A DNA stretch of 64,000 nt, taken from the IMG/VR virus record IMGVR_UViG_3300043788_000169, positions 32,001 to 96,000 of that record; one strand, 5' to 3'. This DNA is from a virus. The notes below the pieces were generated by a model, which saw only the letters and a list, made by a program, of their open reading frames with translations, was not told the origin of the DNA and made no database searches. Both the position numbers and the translations under genes were made by a program. Below are positions 18,316 through 27,109 of the stretch, piece by piece (the stretch's first letter is position 1; each line of letters begins with the position of its first letter).

Positions 18316-18438
18316 ATGAGCGCGCTGGCTGGCGTGGAGCTGGGCTTGCAGATCGGCGCCGTGGTGGTGCTGCTGGCCATCTTCGCGGTGCTGCTCCTGA
18401 TCCTGGGGGAGCAGCGGGGGAACGGGATTAAACGATGA
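18316..18438 (+). CDS. 40-aa single-TM peptide (absent from the ORF track)
   Basis: MSALAGVELGLQIGAVVVLLAIFAVLLLILGEQ; ATGA overlap with the next gene. Confidence 0.55.
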   Translation: MSALAGVELGLQIGAVVVLLAIFAVLLLILGEQRGNGIKR

Positions 18439-18698
18439 GGAAGACCGTGAAGGTGCTGCTGGATGCTCCCACGTTCACCGAGCTGGCCCTGGCTACGGCC
18501 GGGGCTGCGGTGATGGCCGGGGTGTCCGGGTACGCGTTCGCCGCGGGCTCGCCCGGCGTGGGGTGGGTGGCTGCGGTCTTCTCCGGCGCCGCCGCTTCGC
18601 CCTGGCTGGTGCGGGCGGCTTCCGAGGCGCGGTTCTGGCGTCACCGCCGGGGCGTAATAGCGGCAGCAGAGGAGATGACGGCCCATGGAAAGCACTGA
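18435..18698 (+). CDS. membrane protein
   Basis: Two hydrophobic segments. Confidence 0.55.
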   Translation: MRKTVKVLLDAPTFTELALATAGAAVMAGVSGYAFAAGSPGVGWVAAVFSGAAASPWLVRAASEARFWRHRRGVIAAAEEMTAHGKH

Positions 18699-19287
18699 GT
18701 TTCAGGACATGTGGAAGCGTGTGGATGAGCGCACGCCGAAGGCCGCCGGCGTGCACGAGCTGGCGGTGGTCCTGGCTAAGCGGGACAAGCTGGTGGCGCA
18801 CCGGGAGGGCCTGGCGCGGTGGCGGTGGATTCGCCGGCGTGCGCTGGCCGACTCGGTCGCCGTGGAGACCGGCCGGGTGCTGTTCTGGGCGCCGCAGGCA
18901 GTGGCGGCCGCGCACGAGGCTGTGGCGACCGCTGACGCGGCGCGGAGGTGGGGGCGCACCGAGCTGCGCCACCCCCGCCAGCACGTCAGGGAGGCCGCTG
19001 CGGCGCTGCTGGAGGCCATCGGGCAGCCGGTGGCCGAGCCCGGACCCGGGCAGCTCCTGAGCGATCTGGTGGCCGTCATGGGCGCCCCGGACGAGGTGAG
19101 CGCCTGGGACGATCTGGCCCGCAGGCTGAAGACGCGCCGGCCGGAGCGCTACCCGGTGCTGACCGGCACCCAGCTGCGTCAGCAGGCTCTGGTGAGTGGG
19201 GTGCGGGAGCTGGCGCTGTCCGGACCGGTGCGCCAGCGGGGCACCAGCTACGAGGCCGTGGTGGCGGCGCAGGAGGCGGCCCGGTGA
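18685..19287 (+). CDS. hypothetical protein
   Basis: GAGGAG RBS, 200 aa. Confidence 0.65.
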   Translation: MESTEFQDMWKRVDERTPKAAGVHELAVVLAKRDKLVAHREGLARWRWIRRRALADSVAVETGRVLFWAPQAVAAAHEAVATADAARRWGRTELRHPRQHVREAAAALLEAIGQPVAEPGPGQLLSDLVAVMGAPDEVSAWDDLARRLKTRRPERYPVLTGTQLRQQALVSGVRELALSGPVRQRGTSYEAVVAAQEAAR

Positions 19288-19790
19288 CCGCGGCACTGCA
19301 GGAGCTGCGCGAGAACCTGGAGCGCACTGACCTGATGCTGGCCGAGCTGCAGGGCATGCCGCGCTCCCACTTCCGCAGCCGGTTCAGTCTCCAGCGCAGG
19401 ATCGACCAGGCGCAGGAGGAGGCGCAGGTGCTGTCCATCCGGGTGGCTGACGAGCAGCGCCGCCTGATAGACGAGCTGTCGGCCGTGCCCGCCCCGGCTC
19501 GCCGTGCCCGCTCCGGCCACGAGCTGGCCCGGATGCAGATCTCCCGGCACGGGATGGACCGCTACCCCGACGTTCCGGCCCAGCTGCTCAAGCTCATGGC
19601 TGAGCTGGGTGAGCTGGCCGAGGAGATCGCCAACCACCACCGGCCCCTGGAGGGCGTGGCGGACCGGATCCGCCGCGAGTACGCCGACGTCGGCCTGTCC
19701 TACTACGAGCTGGGCAGCAAGCTGCGCCTGAACGCGATCGAGTGCATGACCGAGGTCGTGGACGGGGACGAGCGGGACTTCCGTGGCTAG
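19284..19790 (+). CDS. MazG-like all-alpha NTP pyrophosphohydrolase with N-terminal coiled coil
   Basis: KLMAELGELAEEI...REYADV acidic helices. Confidence 0.65.
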   Translation: MTAALQELRENLERTDLMLAELQGMPRSHFRSRFSLQRRIDQAQEEAQVLSIRVADEQRRLIDELSAVPAPARRARSGHELARMQISRHGMDRYPDVPAQLLKLMAELGELAEEIANHHRPLEGVADRIRREYADVGLSYYELGSKLRLNAIECMTEVVDGDERDFRG

Positions 19791-20046
19791 GCTGGTCTTC
19801 CGCCTGCTGACGCCAGAAGAGCAGGCGGAAAGGGAGCAGCGTTGCGGCGCCCGGCCGTCGCCGCACTCACTGGCCAGATGCGAGGAGAAGCCGGAGCACT
19901 GGCAAGGGCCGGGCGAGATAAATATTCACGCGGGCCGTACTCCCGGCGGGTACTGGAAGTTCTGGGACGTAGCAGATGCTGAGCGCAGCGCGCCGGACGT
20001 CCGCCGTCCCGATAATGTGCCCCGGCCCCCGCGGCGTAACAAGTAG
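19783..20046 (+). CDS. hypothetical protein
   Basis: CGA...C...H...H pattern; overlapping operon. Confidence 0.5.
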   Translation: MARLVFRLLTPEEQAEREQRCGARPSPHSLARCEEKPEHWQGPGEINIHAGRTPGGYWKFWDVADAERSAPDVRRPDNVPRPPRRNK

Positions 20047-20564
20047 TGGAGGCGATGCATATGGACATGATCAAGAGGGCCGAGCTGGTCTCGCTGGCCC
20101 GGTGCTGGAAGCAGCTTTCTGAGCGCACCGATCTCCCGGATGCGGCCCGGAACTCCTACCGCGACTGCGGGGAGGTGCTGGCCCAGCTGCTCGGCAGCCC
20201 AGCTGCCGCGGCAGGGCCCAGCCGCCGGCTGACCATAACCGTCTACGGCTTCGAGAGCCCTGCGATGGAGGAGGTGGCCCGCGCCACCGCCCGGGGGGTG
20301 TTCCCCGGGCTGGACGTGGCTGTCGTCAGCCTGCGCCTCTGGGAGCCGCACACTTTCGAGCAGCAGGCCCACGCCGCCGCGCTGACCGCCCCGGTCTTCG
20401 ACGGCGATGTGCAGATCTCGGCCGGCCGCACCGGCCCGGTCTACATGGCCGAGGTGACGCTGGCGGCCACCGAGCCGGATCCGGGCATCTCCCCGGAGTT
20501 CGCCGGCCGCCAGCGTGAGCCGCTGGCCGCCACCGAGGCGGCCAGCGGGGGCAGCTCGGTATGA
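20046..20564 (+). CDS. hypothetical protein
   Basis: Operon-coupled ORF; true start may be a nearby ATG after GGAGG. Confidence 0.6.
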   Translation: MEAMHMDMIKRAELVSLARCWKQLSERTDLPDAARNSYRDCGEVLAQLLGSPAAAAGPSRRLTITVYGFESPAMEEVARATARGVFPGLDVAVVSLRLWEPHTFEQQAHAAALTAPVFDGDVQISAGRTGPVYMAEVTLAATEPDPGISPEFAGRQREPLAATEAASGGSSV

Positions 20565-20950
20565 GGGACAGCATCTTCCTGGTGTGTGATCAGGGCGGGA
20601 TCCGGCGGATGACCAAGTCCGCGCCGTCGCTGAAGCCCGGGGAAATCCCAGTCAAGCTGGACGTCACCGTCGACCGGGACGCGTTCATCACCCCGGTGAT
20701 CGAGCAGAAGATCCACATCACCGACTGGCGGCCGAGCCGCACCGCGCTGACCGCGGCGGTGAAGGAAGGCACGATTACACGAGCCGACGCTGACGTCATC
20801 GTCGCTGACCTGCTGTCCGGGATGATCGACGCGCTGGAGCGCGCGGGCTACACCGTCACCGCGCCGTCCGGCGGCGACGGTGCTGAGGGAGGCGCATTCG
20901 GCTATGGCGGGCCCAACGAATCCGGGGCTTCCCCGGGCTGGCCGCGGTAA
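20561..20950 (+). CDS. hypothetical protein
   Basis: ATGA overlap start. Confidence 0.65.
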   Translation: MRDSIFLVCDQGGIRRMTKSAPSLKPGEIPVKLDVTVDRDAFITPVIEQKIHITDWRPSRTALTAAVKEGTITRADADVIVADLLSGMIDALERAGYTVTAPSGGDGAEGGAFGYGGPNESGASPGWPR

Positions 20951-21101
20951 CCCGCTCGCAGAGGAGCTGAAGCCGTGCCGCCGCCGGCGCTGCCGTCACC
21001 CGCGGATCGGGCACGAGCACAACAACCCCAAGACGAGGTACTGCTCGGAGCCGGGCTGCGCGTGCCTGGCCTTCTGCCGGTGGTGGCTGCCGTGGAGGTG
21101 A
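20904..21101 (+). CDS. small Cys/His-rich protein
   Basis: CRRRRCRH...H...C...CAC. Confidence 0.45.
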   Translation: MAGPTNPGLPRAGRGNPLAEELKPCRRRRCRHPRIGHEHNNPKTRYCSEPGCACLAFCRWWLPWR

Positions 21102-21108
21102 GGATGCA

Positions 21109-21681
21109 GTGAGCGCGCACGATGAAGCAGCCTGGCGGCTGGCCGAGGTGCTCGGCGTCGAGCCGGAGCAGGTGTTTGTCCTGCACGATGAGGTGGATGA
21201 GATCCTGAGTAGCCCGGCCACCGACGGCGGCCCCGGCACGATGCGCGACCAGCTGCACCGCGTCGTCGGGAAGACCATGGGTAAGGCGACCAAGGGCCGG
21301 ACCCGTGGGTCCGGCCGCCGCGACTACTCCTGGCCGCCGCAGGACCCGCAGCGCCCGGTCTGCCAAGCGAACAGGCCGCACTGGGGACGGCCTGTCCCTG
21401 AGCCGTGCGGCTGCTCGCTGGTGAAGCGCTACCGTCTTGGGTGCAAGAACGAGCACGTGTCCGAGGAGTGGCTGTGCACCTGCTGCGCAAACGCCTCGGA
21501 GAAGAAATGCTGTCATCCGGTGACCGCCCCGGAGACGGAAGCTCCGGGTACCTGCGGGGAGGTGCTCACCGCCGTGCCCGCGGAAGACCTTGGCCCTTCG
21601 GCCGGGGACGTGCAGCGCACGCGCGGCCGCGCCGCTGGCCCTGGCGACGACGAGAACTGGTTCCGGGGGCTGGGGGAGTGA
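21109..21681 (+). CDS. Cys-rich hypothetical protein
   Basis: GAGGA RBS; multiple Cys clusters. Confidence 0.6.
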   Translation: MSAHDEAAWRLAEVLGVEPEQVFVLHDEVDEILSSPATDGGPGTMRDQLHRVVGKTMGKATKGRTRGSGRRDYSWPPQDPQRPVCQANRPHWGRPVPEPCGCSLVKRYRLGCKNEHVSEEWLCTCCANASEKKCCHPVTAPETEAPGTCGEVLTAVPAEDLGPSAGDVQRTRGRAAGPGDDENWFRGLGE

Positions 21682-21965
21682 AGCTGCTGCTGCTGTCCGA
21701 CAAGGCCGGGGACAACCGCAAGATTCTCACCATGACCACCATCATCGGGCGCAGTTCGCTCGCCGGGTTCCGGGTGAATGACCAGTATGCTTCCCCTAAC
21801 CACGCAATCATCGCTCCCCACGAGGACGGCTGGGCGGTCGCTGATCTGGGATCCACGAACGGAACCCGGGTCAACGGCCTGACTGTCCATGGCGCCTGCC
21901 AGCTGGCCAAGGGGGATCAGATAAGAGTTGGGCACACCATCCTCATTGCGGTCCCGGTCAGCTGA
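21678..21965 (+). CDS. stand-alone FHA domain protein
   Basis: IGR, ASPNHA, DLGSTNGTRVNG and LAKGDQIRVG signature motifs. Confidence 0.9.
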   Translation: MKLLLLSDKAGDNRKILTMTTIIGRSSLAGFRVNDQYASPNHAIIAPHEDGWAVADLGSTNGTRVNGLTVHGACQLAKGDQIRVGHTILIAVPVS

Positions 21966-21981
21966 CGCCGATGGCCGGTGT

Positions 21982-22653
21982 GTGGTACCTCAGATAGTTC
22001 TCCCCAAGCCCGGGGACTTCGCGTGCGTCCCGGTCCGGGGCTTCGGTGGCTTCTGCATAGGTATCGGGCAGCTTGCGGCTGGCTACTGGCGCCATCCCGC
22101 GCTCGCCCGCTACCGGCACAGCTTCGTCTACCTCGGTGAGATCAGCGCCTCCACGGCTGAGGTCAGCGCGCTGGAGGAGCACGGCTGGTGCGGCCCGGGC
22201 GTCTACTGCGAGGAAGCGATGCCAGGCGGCGCCCGGCTGCGGCGGCTCGGCGCGAGTGCTGGCGACGCGTGGGCCATGTACGGCACCAGTGCCTTGTGGA
22301 GCACCACGATTCTTCCGCTGAGCGGCTGGCAGCGCTCCGAGGTGGTCAAGGCCGCCCTCGGCAAGCTCGGCACTCCGTACTCGTTTCTGGACTATCTGTC
22401 GCTGATCGCCTACCACCTGCACATCCGCACGCGGGGTTTGCTCCAGTTCATCCAGGATTCCGGACACCAGATTTGCAGCCAGGACACTGATTGGGTGTGG
22501 CAGCGCGCGGGGAAGCGTATATTTCACGATGAGAGGTGGGACGGTGACGTTATGCCGGCCGACCTCGCGTACGAGCTGGTCAGCTGGTGTAAGCGGCGGG
22601 CCGGTGACGTGCTAAGGGGAGGGGATGCCCGTGAAGATCAGGCCCATGCGTAA
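21982..22653 (+). CDS. permuted papain-like (NlpC/P60, YiiX-type) amidase
   Basis: PKPGDF, HSFVY, LGTPYSF, ICSQ and PADL motifs; GTG 21982 is 9 nt after CCGAT. Confidence 0.75.
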   Translation: MVPQIVLPKPGDFACVPVRGFGGFCIGIGQLAAGYWRHPALARYRHSFVYLGEISASTAEVSALEEHGWCGPGVYCEEAMPGGARLRRLGASAGDAWAMYGTSALWSTTILPLSGWQRSEVVKAALGKLGTPYSFLDYLSLIAYHLHIRTRGLLQFIQDSGHQICSQDTDWVWQRAGKRIFHDERWDGDVMPADLAYELVSWCKRRAGDVLRGGDAREDQAHA

Positions 22654-22737
22654 AGGACGCCACCGCCGGCGGGGGATTCTGGCGAGGGCTGCAGGAGTTA
22701 TGGCCGCCGCCGTAATGGTGCGGCTGGCCGCGGTTCG

Positions 22738-23037
22738 CTGAGCGAGCCCCGGCTTCTGTGCGCTCAGGCAGGCCGGTGCCGTTGCGGTTGCCATGCCTGC
22801 AGGTACGGGGGGCACAACTGCCTGGAGCCGCTCGGCGGCAAGTGCCACGTGCGCTGCCCGCCCATCTACCTGCTGACCTGCAGGGTGTGCGAGCCGCTGC
22901 TGCCGATGCCGTTCTCCTCTCAGCAGGAGCGCGGGCGCTGGGCGTCCGAGCACACCGCGGGTACCGGGCACGACCGCTGGCTGGTGGAGGATCCGCCCTT
23001 CGAGACGAAGGGTAATTCTGAGGTTTCGGAGCGGTAA
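22738..23037 (+). CDS. Cys-rich protein (start uncertain)
   Basis: Frame of ORF 22849..23037 is open back to CTG 22738 (CRCGCHAC...CRVC...H...GH). Confidence 0.45.
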   Translation: MSEPRLLCAQAGRCRCGCHACRYGGHNCLEPLGGKCHVRCPPIYLLTCRVCEPLLPMPFSSQQERGRWASEHTAGTGHDRWLVEDPPFETKGNSEVSER

Positions 23038-23160
23038 CGGTCCGGAAACGTGCACAATCCAGCTTGGCGGCCAGGAAACAGCAGGCCCGCGCGGCCGCCC
23101 GGCAGCGGCCTGGCCCATGACCCTGGCGAGGTGCCCGGCGGGCACGTCTTCAGGAGGACC

Positions 23161-23934
23161 ATGAGCGGGCACCGCACCACCCGCAGTCAGCCACGTCACG
23201 CTGCCCCGCAGCGCAGCCATCCTGTCATCGTCACCGCCGTCGGCACCGTCGCCGTGCTCGGCGCAGGCACCGCGGCGCTTGCCGCCCCGGCGCCCTACAC
23301 CGCCCCTCCGGCGGGCGATACCCTGCCGGCCGCGCCTGCCGTCCAGGCCGTCCCGCAGAAGCCAGCCGTCCAGGCCGAGGGCCCGGTCTTCTACCGGATC
23401 CAGGAAGGCGACACGCTCTCCTCGATTGCAGCCACCCACGGGCTCGGCTCGAACTGGGAGGGCCTGTGGGCCGCGAACCGCTCCGGGATCGATAACCCGG
23501 ACCTCATCCAGCCCGGCTGGGTGATCAAGATCGAGACAGCTCCCGTCACCCCGGCCCTGCAGCTGGTGATCGACCGCGTCCTGAGCCCGCCCGCGCCTCA
23601 GCCTGCACCTGTGACCGTGGCCGCCTCCGGCAGCAGTGGGTCTGCACCGGCCCAGCCGGCGGGTGTCCAGTTCTCCGGCACGCTGACCGTGGCCGGGTTC
23701 GGCGGTTTCGAGGGCTGCGTGATAGACCACGAGTCCAGCGGGAACCCCGATGCCCAGAACCCGGACTCGACCGCGAGCGGGCTGTTCGGCTTCCTGGACA
23801 CCACCTGGACCGCGGTCACCGGCCTGCCGGGCCCGGCCCGGGACTACTCCGTCGCGACGCAGGAGCAAGCCTTCAGCAAGGAATACGCGATGGACGGCAC
23901 CGCTCCGTGGCGGCCTTATGATGGGTGCTTATGA
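23161..23934 (+). CDS. secreted LysM plus lytic transglycosylase (Rpf/SceD-like) protein
   Basis: AGGAGG RBS; signal peptide; LysM YRIQEGDTLSSIA...NPDLIQPG; HESSGN...ASGLFGFLDTTW. Confidence 0.85.
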   Translation: MSGHRTTRSQPRHAAPQRSHPVIVTAVGTVAVLGAGTAALAAPAPYTAPPAGDTLPAAPAVQAVPQKPAVQAEGPVFYRIQEGDTLSSIAATHGLGSNWEGLWAANRSGIDNPDLIQPGWVIKIETAPVTPALQLVIDRVLSPPAPQPAPVTVAASGSSGSAPAQPAGVQFSGTLTVAGFGGFEGCVIDHESSGNPDAQNPDSTASGLFGFLDTTWTAVTGLPGPARDYSVATQEQAFSKEYAMDGTAPWRPYDGCL

Positions 23935-23953
23935 AGGTTGCTAGACTGGAGGC

Positions 23954-24496
23954 ATGAGAACTCCTCCGCCTTCAGTTGGTGATCGATTCGGACGTTGGAC
24001 CGTGGCCGGGGAATCCTTCATGAAAGACCCCGGCCACCGCGTTGTTCCCTGCCGGTGTGACTGCGGTACTGAGCAGAGCATCCTGGTTTTTGCTTTGCGT
24101 AGTGGGCAGTCTGAGAGCTGTGGTTGTCTCAAGAGGGAGCAGGTGGCTAGCTTGGTCACCCGGACCCGATGGAAGAACTCCCACGGCCTGAGCAAGCATC
24201 CGCTCTATCGGACATGGCGTGGGATGATGCGTCGCTGCTACGACCAGAGCGACTCGCATTATCCGCGCTGGGGCGGCAGAGGCATCCGGGTTTGTGATCG
24301 GTGGCAGGACGTCCGACTGTTCATTGAGGACATCGAGCGCGAGCTGGGTGACCGCCCTGCGGGGTTGTCACTCGACCGGTGGCCAGACAATGATGGAGAC
24401 TACAGGCCGGGAAATGTGCGCTGGGCGGACCCGCTGGGCCAGTGGCAGAACTCCCGTCTCCATAACGACGAGCTGACTGGACGTTTCACGCTGTAG
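23954..24496 (+). CDS. HNH homing-endonuclease-like protein
   Basis: RFGRW, CRCDCG, SCGC, GGRGIRVCDRW, SLDR..DNDGDYRPGNVRWA. Confidence 0.85.
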   Translation: MRTPPPSVGDRFGRWTVAGESFMKDPGHRVVPCRCDCGTEQSILVFALRSGQSESCGCLKREQVASLVTRTRWKNSHGLSKHPLYRTWRGMMRRCYDQSDSHYPRWGGRGIRVCDRWQDVRLFIEDIERELGDRPAGLSLDRWPDNDGDYRPGNVRWADPLGQWQNSRLHNDELTGRFTL

Positions 24497-24505
24497 TGGT
24501 GGTGT

Positions 24506-24685
24506 ATGAGCGCCGTTTACTGCCCGCCAGACTGCACGTGCCACCGCCACGACGACCACACGTGCCGGCCCGGCTGTAACTGCGGCCGCCACCTGATCGG
24601 CCCGCGCCAGGCGCAGCGCAAGTCGGCCGAGGCGGCTAAGCGCCAGCGCGATGCACACGGGAGATTTGCCCGTGACGGCTGTTAA
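24506..24685 (+). CDS. 59-aa protein with two C-x3-C-x-C-x2-H repeats (absent from the ORF track)
   Basis: CPPDCTCHRH...CRPGCNCGRH followed by a basic tail. Confidence 0.6.
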   Translation: MSAVYCPPDCTCHRHDDHTCRPGCNCGRHLIGPRQAQRKSAEAAKRQRDAHGRFARDGC

Positions 24686-24827
24686 TCACGGTATGGTCAC
24701 CGTCCCGTGTTAGTGCTGGGCGATGTGGAATACTGCGAGCCGCCTGTAAACCGGTGGTATGCCCTGCGCGTCTCAAGGGTGCCGGTTTGGCCGGGGGTCC
24801 AAAAGACAAGAGCTGGAGGTTTGGTGC

Positions 24828-25718
24828 ATGCGTAGGAAGATCTTTGGTCCGCGGCGCGTGATCGTCGTGGCCGCGCTGGCTACGGCCGGCGCGCTGGTCG
24901 CCATGGGAGCGGGCGCCAACACCGTCCCCAACGCCCGGGCCACCAATGCGAACGTCAACCCGGTCGCCGGGTACCTCGCCGTCGGCAATGACGTCAACGT
25001 GAACTTCGACCACGTCGAGGCGTACCTCGGTGCGCAGGACAACATCGGTGACCTGCAGCAGACCAACGCCAACGGCTTCGGCATCGGCCTGTGCAACAGC
25101 AACGTGGGCGGCTCTACCGGCCCGGCGGTGCAGATGGGTCTCGTGCACCTTCCCGACGGGAACTATCAGGTCGAGTACGGGTATGGCACGATCGCCCCGG
25201 CGAACGGTGCTCAGACCGACGGTGATAACTGCGAGGACGGCGCGCTGGGCAACTTCAATGCGCCAGCCTCGGCCACGGTCGACTCGCTCGGCCCGGAGTT
25301 CACCTTCGGGAACGTCGAGGAAGTGGAGATTCAGTACCTGCACGGTCGCGCGGACTTCTCCTACCGCCAGATCACCTCGGACAACCCCGGCCCGTGGTTC
25401 TCGACGGGCTGGATCTCGGTCGGCTTCAACTGCCAGTTCAACGAGGCTGAGATCGGCTCGGATGCCGACACCACCGGCCTCGTCGGGCCGCCTTCCCGCA
25501 CGCTGGCCCCGTTCGCTCACGCTTCGGTGACGTCGTTCACCTTCGCTCAGCACCACAGTGCTGACCAGGGATGGTTCGATGCAGCACCGAACGGTGAGTG
25601 GACCGCTCTGCAGGTGAACAGCTACCCGAACGGCAACAGCAGCGACTCGGCTGACCTGTCCGGCGAGGGCCTGCACAACGGCAACGGTGCCGTCTGGGAG
25701 GGTGTGCCGGTCGGATGA
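24828..25718 (+). CDS. secreted beta-rich protein, possibly glutamic-peptidase (G1)-like fold
   Basis: GGAGG RBS; signal peptide; NPVAGY, VQMG and AEIG resemble G1 motifs only weakly. Confidence 0.6.
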   Translation: MRRKIFGPRRVIVVAALATAGALVAMGAGANTVPNARATNANVNPVAGYLAVGNDVNVNFDHVEAYLGAQDNIGDLQQTNANGFGIGLCNSNVGGSTGPAVQMGLVHLPDGNYQVEYGYGTIAPANGAQTDGDNCEDGALGNFNAPASATVDSLGPEFTFGNVEEVEIQYLHGRADFSYRQITSDNPGPWFSTGWISVGFNCQFNEAEIGSDADTTGLVGPPSRTLAPFAHASVTSFTFAQHHSADQGWFDAAPNGEWTALQVNSYPNGNSSDSADLSGEGLHNGNGAVWEGVPVG

Positions 25719-25804
25719 CCCGCGATCAGTGGCTGGCGTTCTTGTTCATCGTGGCCATGGCGGTTGCCGCCGGGGCTGAAGTGATGACAGCGGGCCTGCC
25801 GTAG
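25715..25804 (+). CDS. 29-aa hydrophobic peptide
   Basis: ATGA overlap; MTRDQWLAFLFIVAMAVAAG. Confidence 0.4.
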   Translation: MTRDQWLAFLFIVAMAVAAGAEVMTAGLP

Positions 25805-25820
25805 CGGCAACGGAGCCGAT

Positions 25821-25855
25821 GACAGGGCGGAGGGCAACCCCCTCCGCCCTTCGTC
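25821..25855 (+). other. strong hairpin in the leader of the peptidase gene
   Basis: GGGCGGAGGG-CAAC-C-CCTCCGCCC-type inverted repeat right after a CCGAT motif. Confidence 0.5.
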
Positions 25856-25871
25856 ATGTATGGAGGCTTCG

Positions 25872-26705
25872 GTGGCCAACCCGAACCATGTCCCGGGCAA
25901 GACGGGGCTGCTCCCGCGGGACACCGACAAGGCCATGCTGGTGGTGGAGCACTACGTCGCGGCCGGCGGCCTGACCGCGGTGACTCCGGCCATCGACGTC
26001 GACCGCGCGACCAAGGTCAGCGACTGGCCCATGTACTGCAACGGGCCCGATCCCGAGAACGAGACCGCCTGCCCCGGATCGCCTGATGGCTGCGGTGACT
26101 GCTTCTGGGCAGCGTGCGGGCACGAGATCACCGCGTTCACTGCCTACGCGGGCGCTGCCCCGGTTGTGGTCCCCGCCACTTCGGTGATCCGCGGCTACAG
26201 CTCGACCGGCTACAGCCCGCAGACCGGGGCGAACGACAACGGCACCGAGCCGACGCAGGGCCTGGCGTTCATGCGCTCGACCGGGCTGCTCGACTCGGCC
26301 GGCCACGCGCACAAGTACGAGGCGTACGCGGCCTTCGGTGATCCTACCGACGAGGAGCTGCTGGCTCAGGTGCTGAACACCTTCGGCACCGTGCTGCTCG
26401 CCGTCGAGCTGGACCAGGCCCAGGAGGACCAGTTCGGCAACGGCCAGCCGTGGACTTACGTGGCGGGCAGCCAGGATCTCGGCGGGCACATGATCTGCCT
26501 GCAGCGCCGGGCGCCCGCAAGCCAGCTGGACATCTACAAGCCCGTGACCTGGGGCGCGCTGTGGGAAGCGAACCGCGCCTTCATCCACAACCAGGTCATC
26601 GACGCGTACGCCGTCGTGTCCGCGGACTGGATCGCCGCGAACGGCACGACCATTGAGGGTCTCGACCTGCAGCAGCTGCTCGCTGACATGCCCGAGGTGG
26701 GCTGA
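25872..26705 (+). CDS. papain-like cysteine peptidase, candidate endolysin
   Basis: GDCFWAACGH, DNG, GGHMI and VTWG motifs; followed by membrane proteins. Confidence 0.7.
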   Translation: MANPNHVPGKTGLLPRDTDKAMLVVEHYVAAGGLTAVTPAIDVDRATKVSDWPMYCNGPDPENETACPGSPDGCGDCFWAACGHEITAFTAYAGAAPVVVPATSVIRGYSSTGYSPQTGANDNGTEPTQGLAFMRSTGLLDSAGHAHKYEAYAAFGDPTDEELLAQVLNTFGTVLLAVELDQAQEDQFGNGQPWTYVAGSQDLGGHMICLQRRAPASQLDIYKPVTWGALWEANRAFIHNQVIDAYAVVSADWIAANGTTIEGLDLQQLLADMPEVG

Positions 26706-26710
26706 GCCCG

Positions 26711-27094
26711 GTGCACAGCGGAGAGCGCTCGTTCCGGCTGCTGCCGGAGCCCGGCTCGCCTGGCCGGGCACTGGCCCTGACGATTATCTGCGTGCTGGCC
26801 GCAGTTTTGCTGCTGGGCGGCTACTTCACGTGGAGTACAGGCAGCACCAACGCGCAGCTGGTGGCGACTAACCAGCGGCTGGCCGCTACCAACGTGAAGC
26901 TGCGGGAGGAGCAGGCAGCAGCTCAGAAAGGCGGGCTGCTGATCGAGAAGGCGATCTGCCTGGATATGGGAACGATGGCCGCTATCCCGCCGCCTGCGGG
27001 AGCGGGGGCCTCGAACCCGAGCCGGGCATACGAGCGGGCAGAGCACCGTGCGTGGCAAGGGCTGTTCGACGGCCTCAGGTGCGGGAAGACGTGA
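26711..27094 (+). CDS. TM plus coiled-coil protein (lysis accessory?)
   Basis: N-terminal TM helix, heptad region, two C-terminal Cys. Confidence 0.6.
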   Translation: MHSGERSFRLLPEPGSPGRALALTIICVLAAVLLLGGYFTWSTGSTNAQLVATNQRLAATNVKLREEQAAAQKGGLLIEKAICLDMGTMAAIPPPAGAGASNPSRAYERAEHRAWQGLFDGLRCGKT

Positions 27095-27109
27095 CAGGGG
27101 AATGTTCAG

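Noticed and set aside
23038-23160. c-di-AMP (ydaO) riboswitch upstream of the Rpf-like gene
   Set aside because: GC-rich pairings are possible but the characteristic conserved ydaO segments were not found; a covariance-model search would be needed
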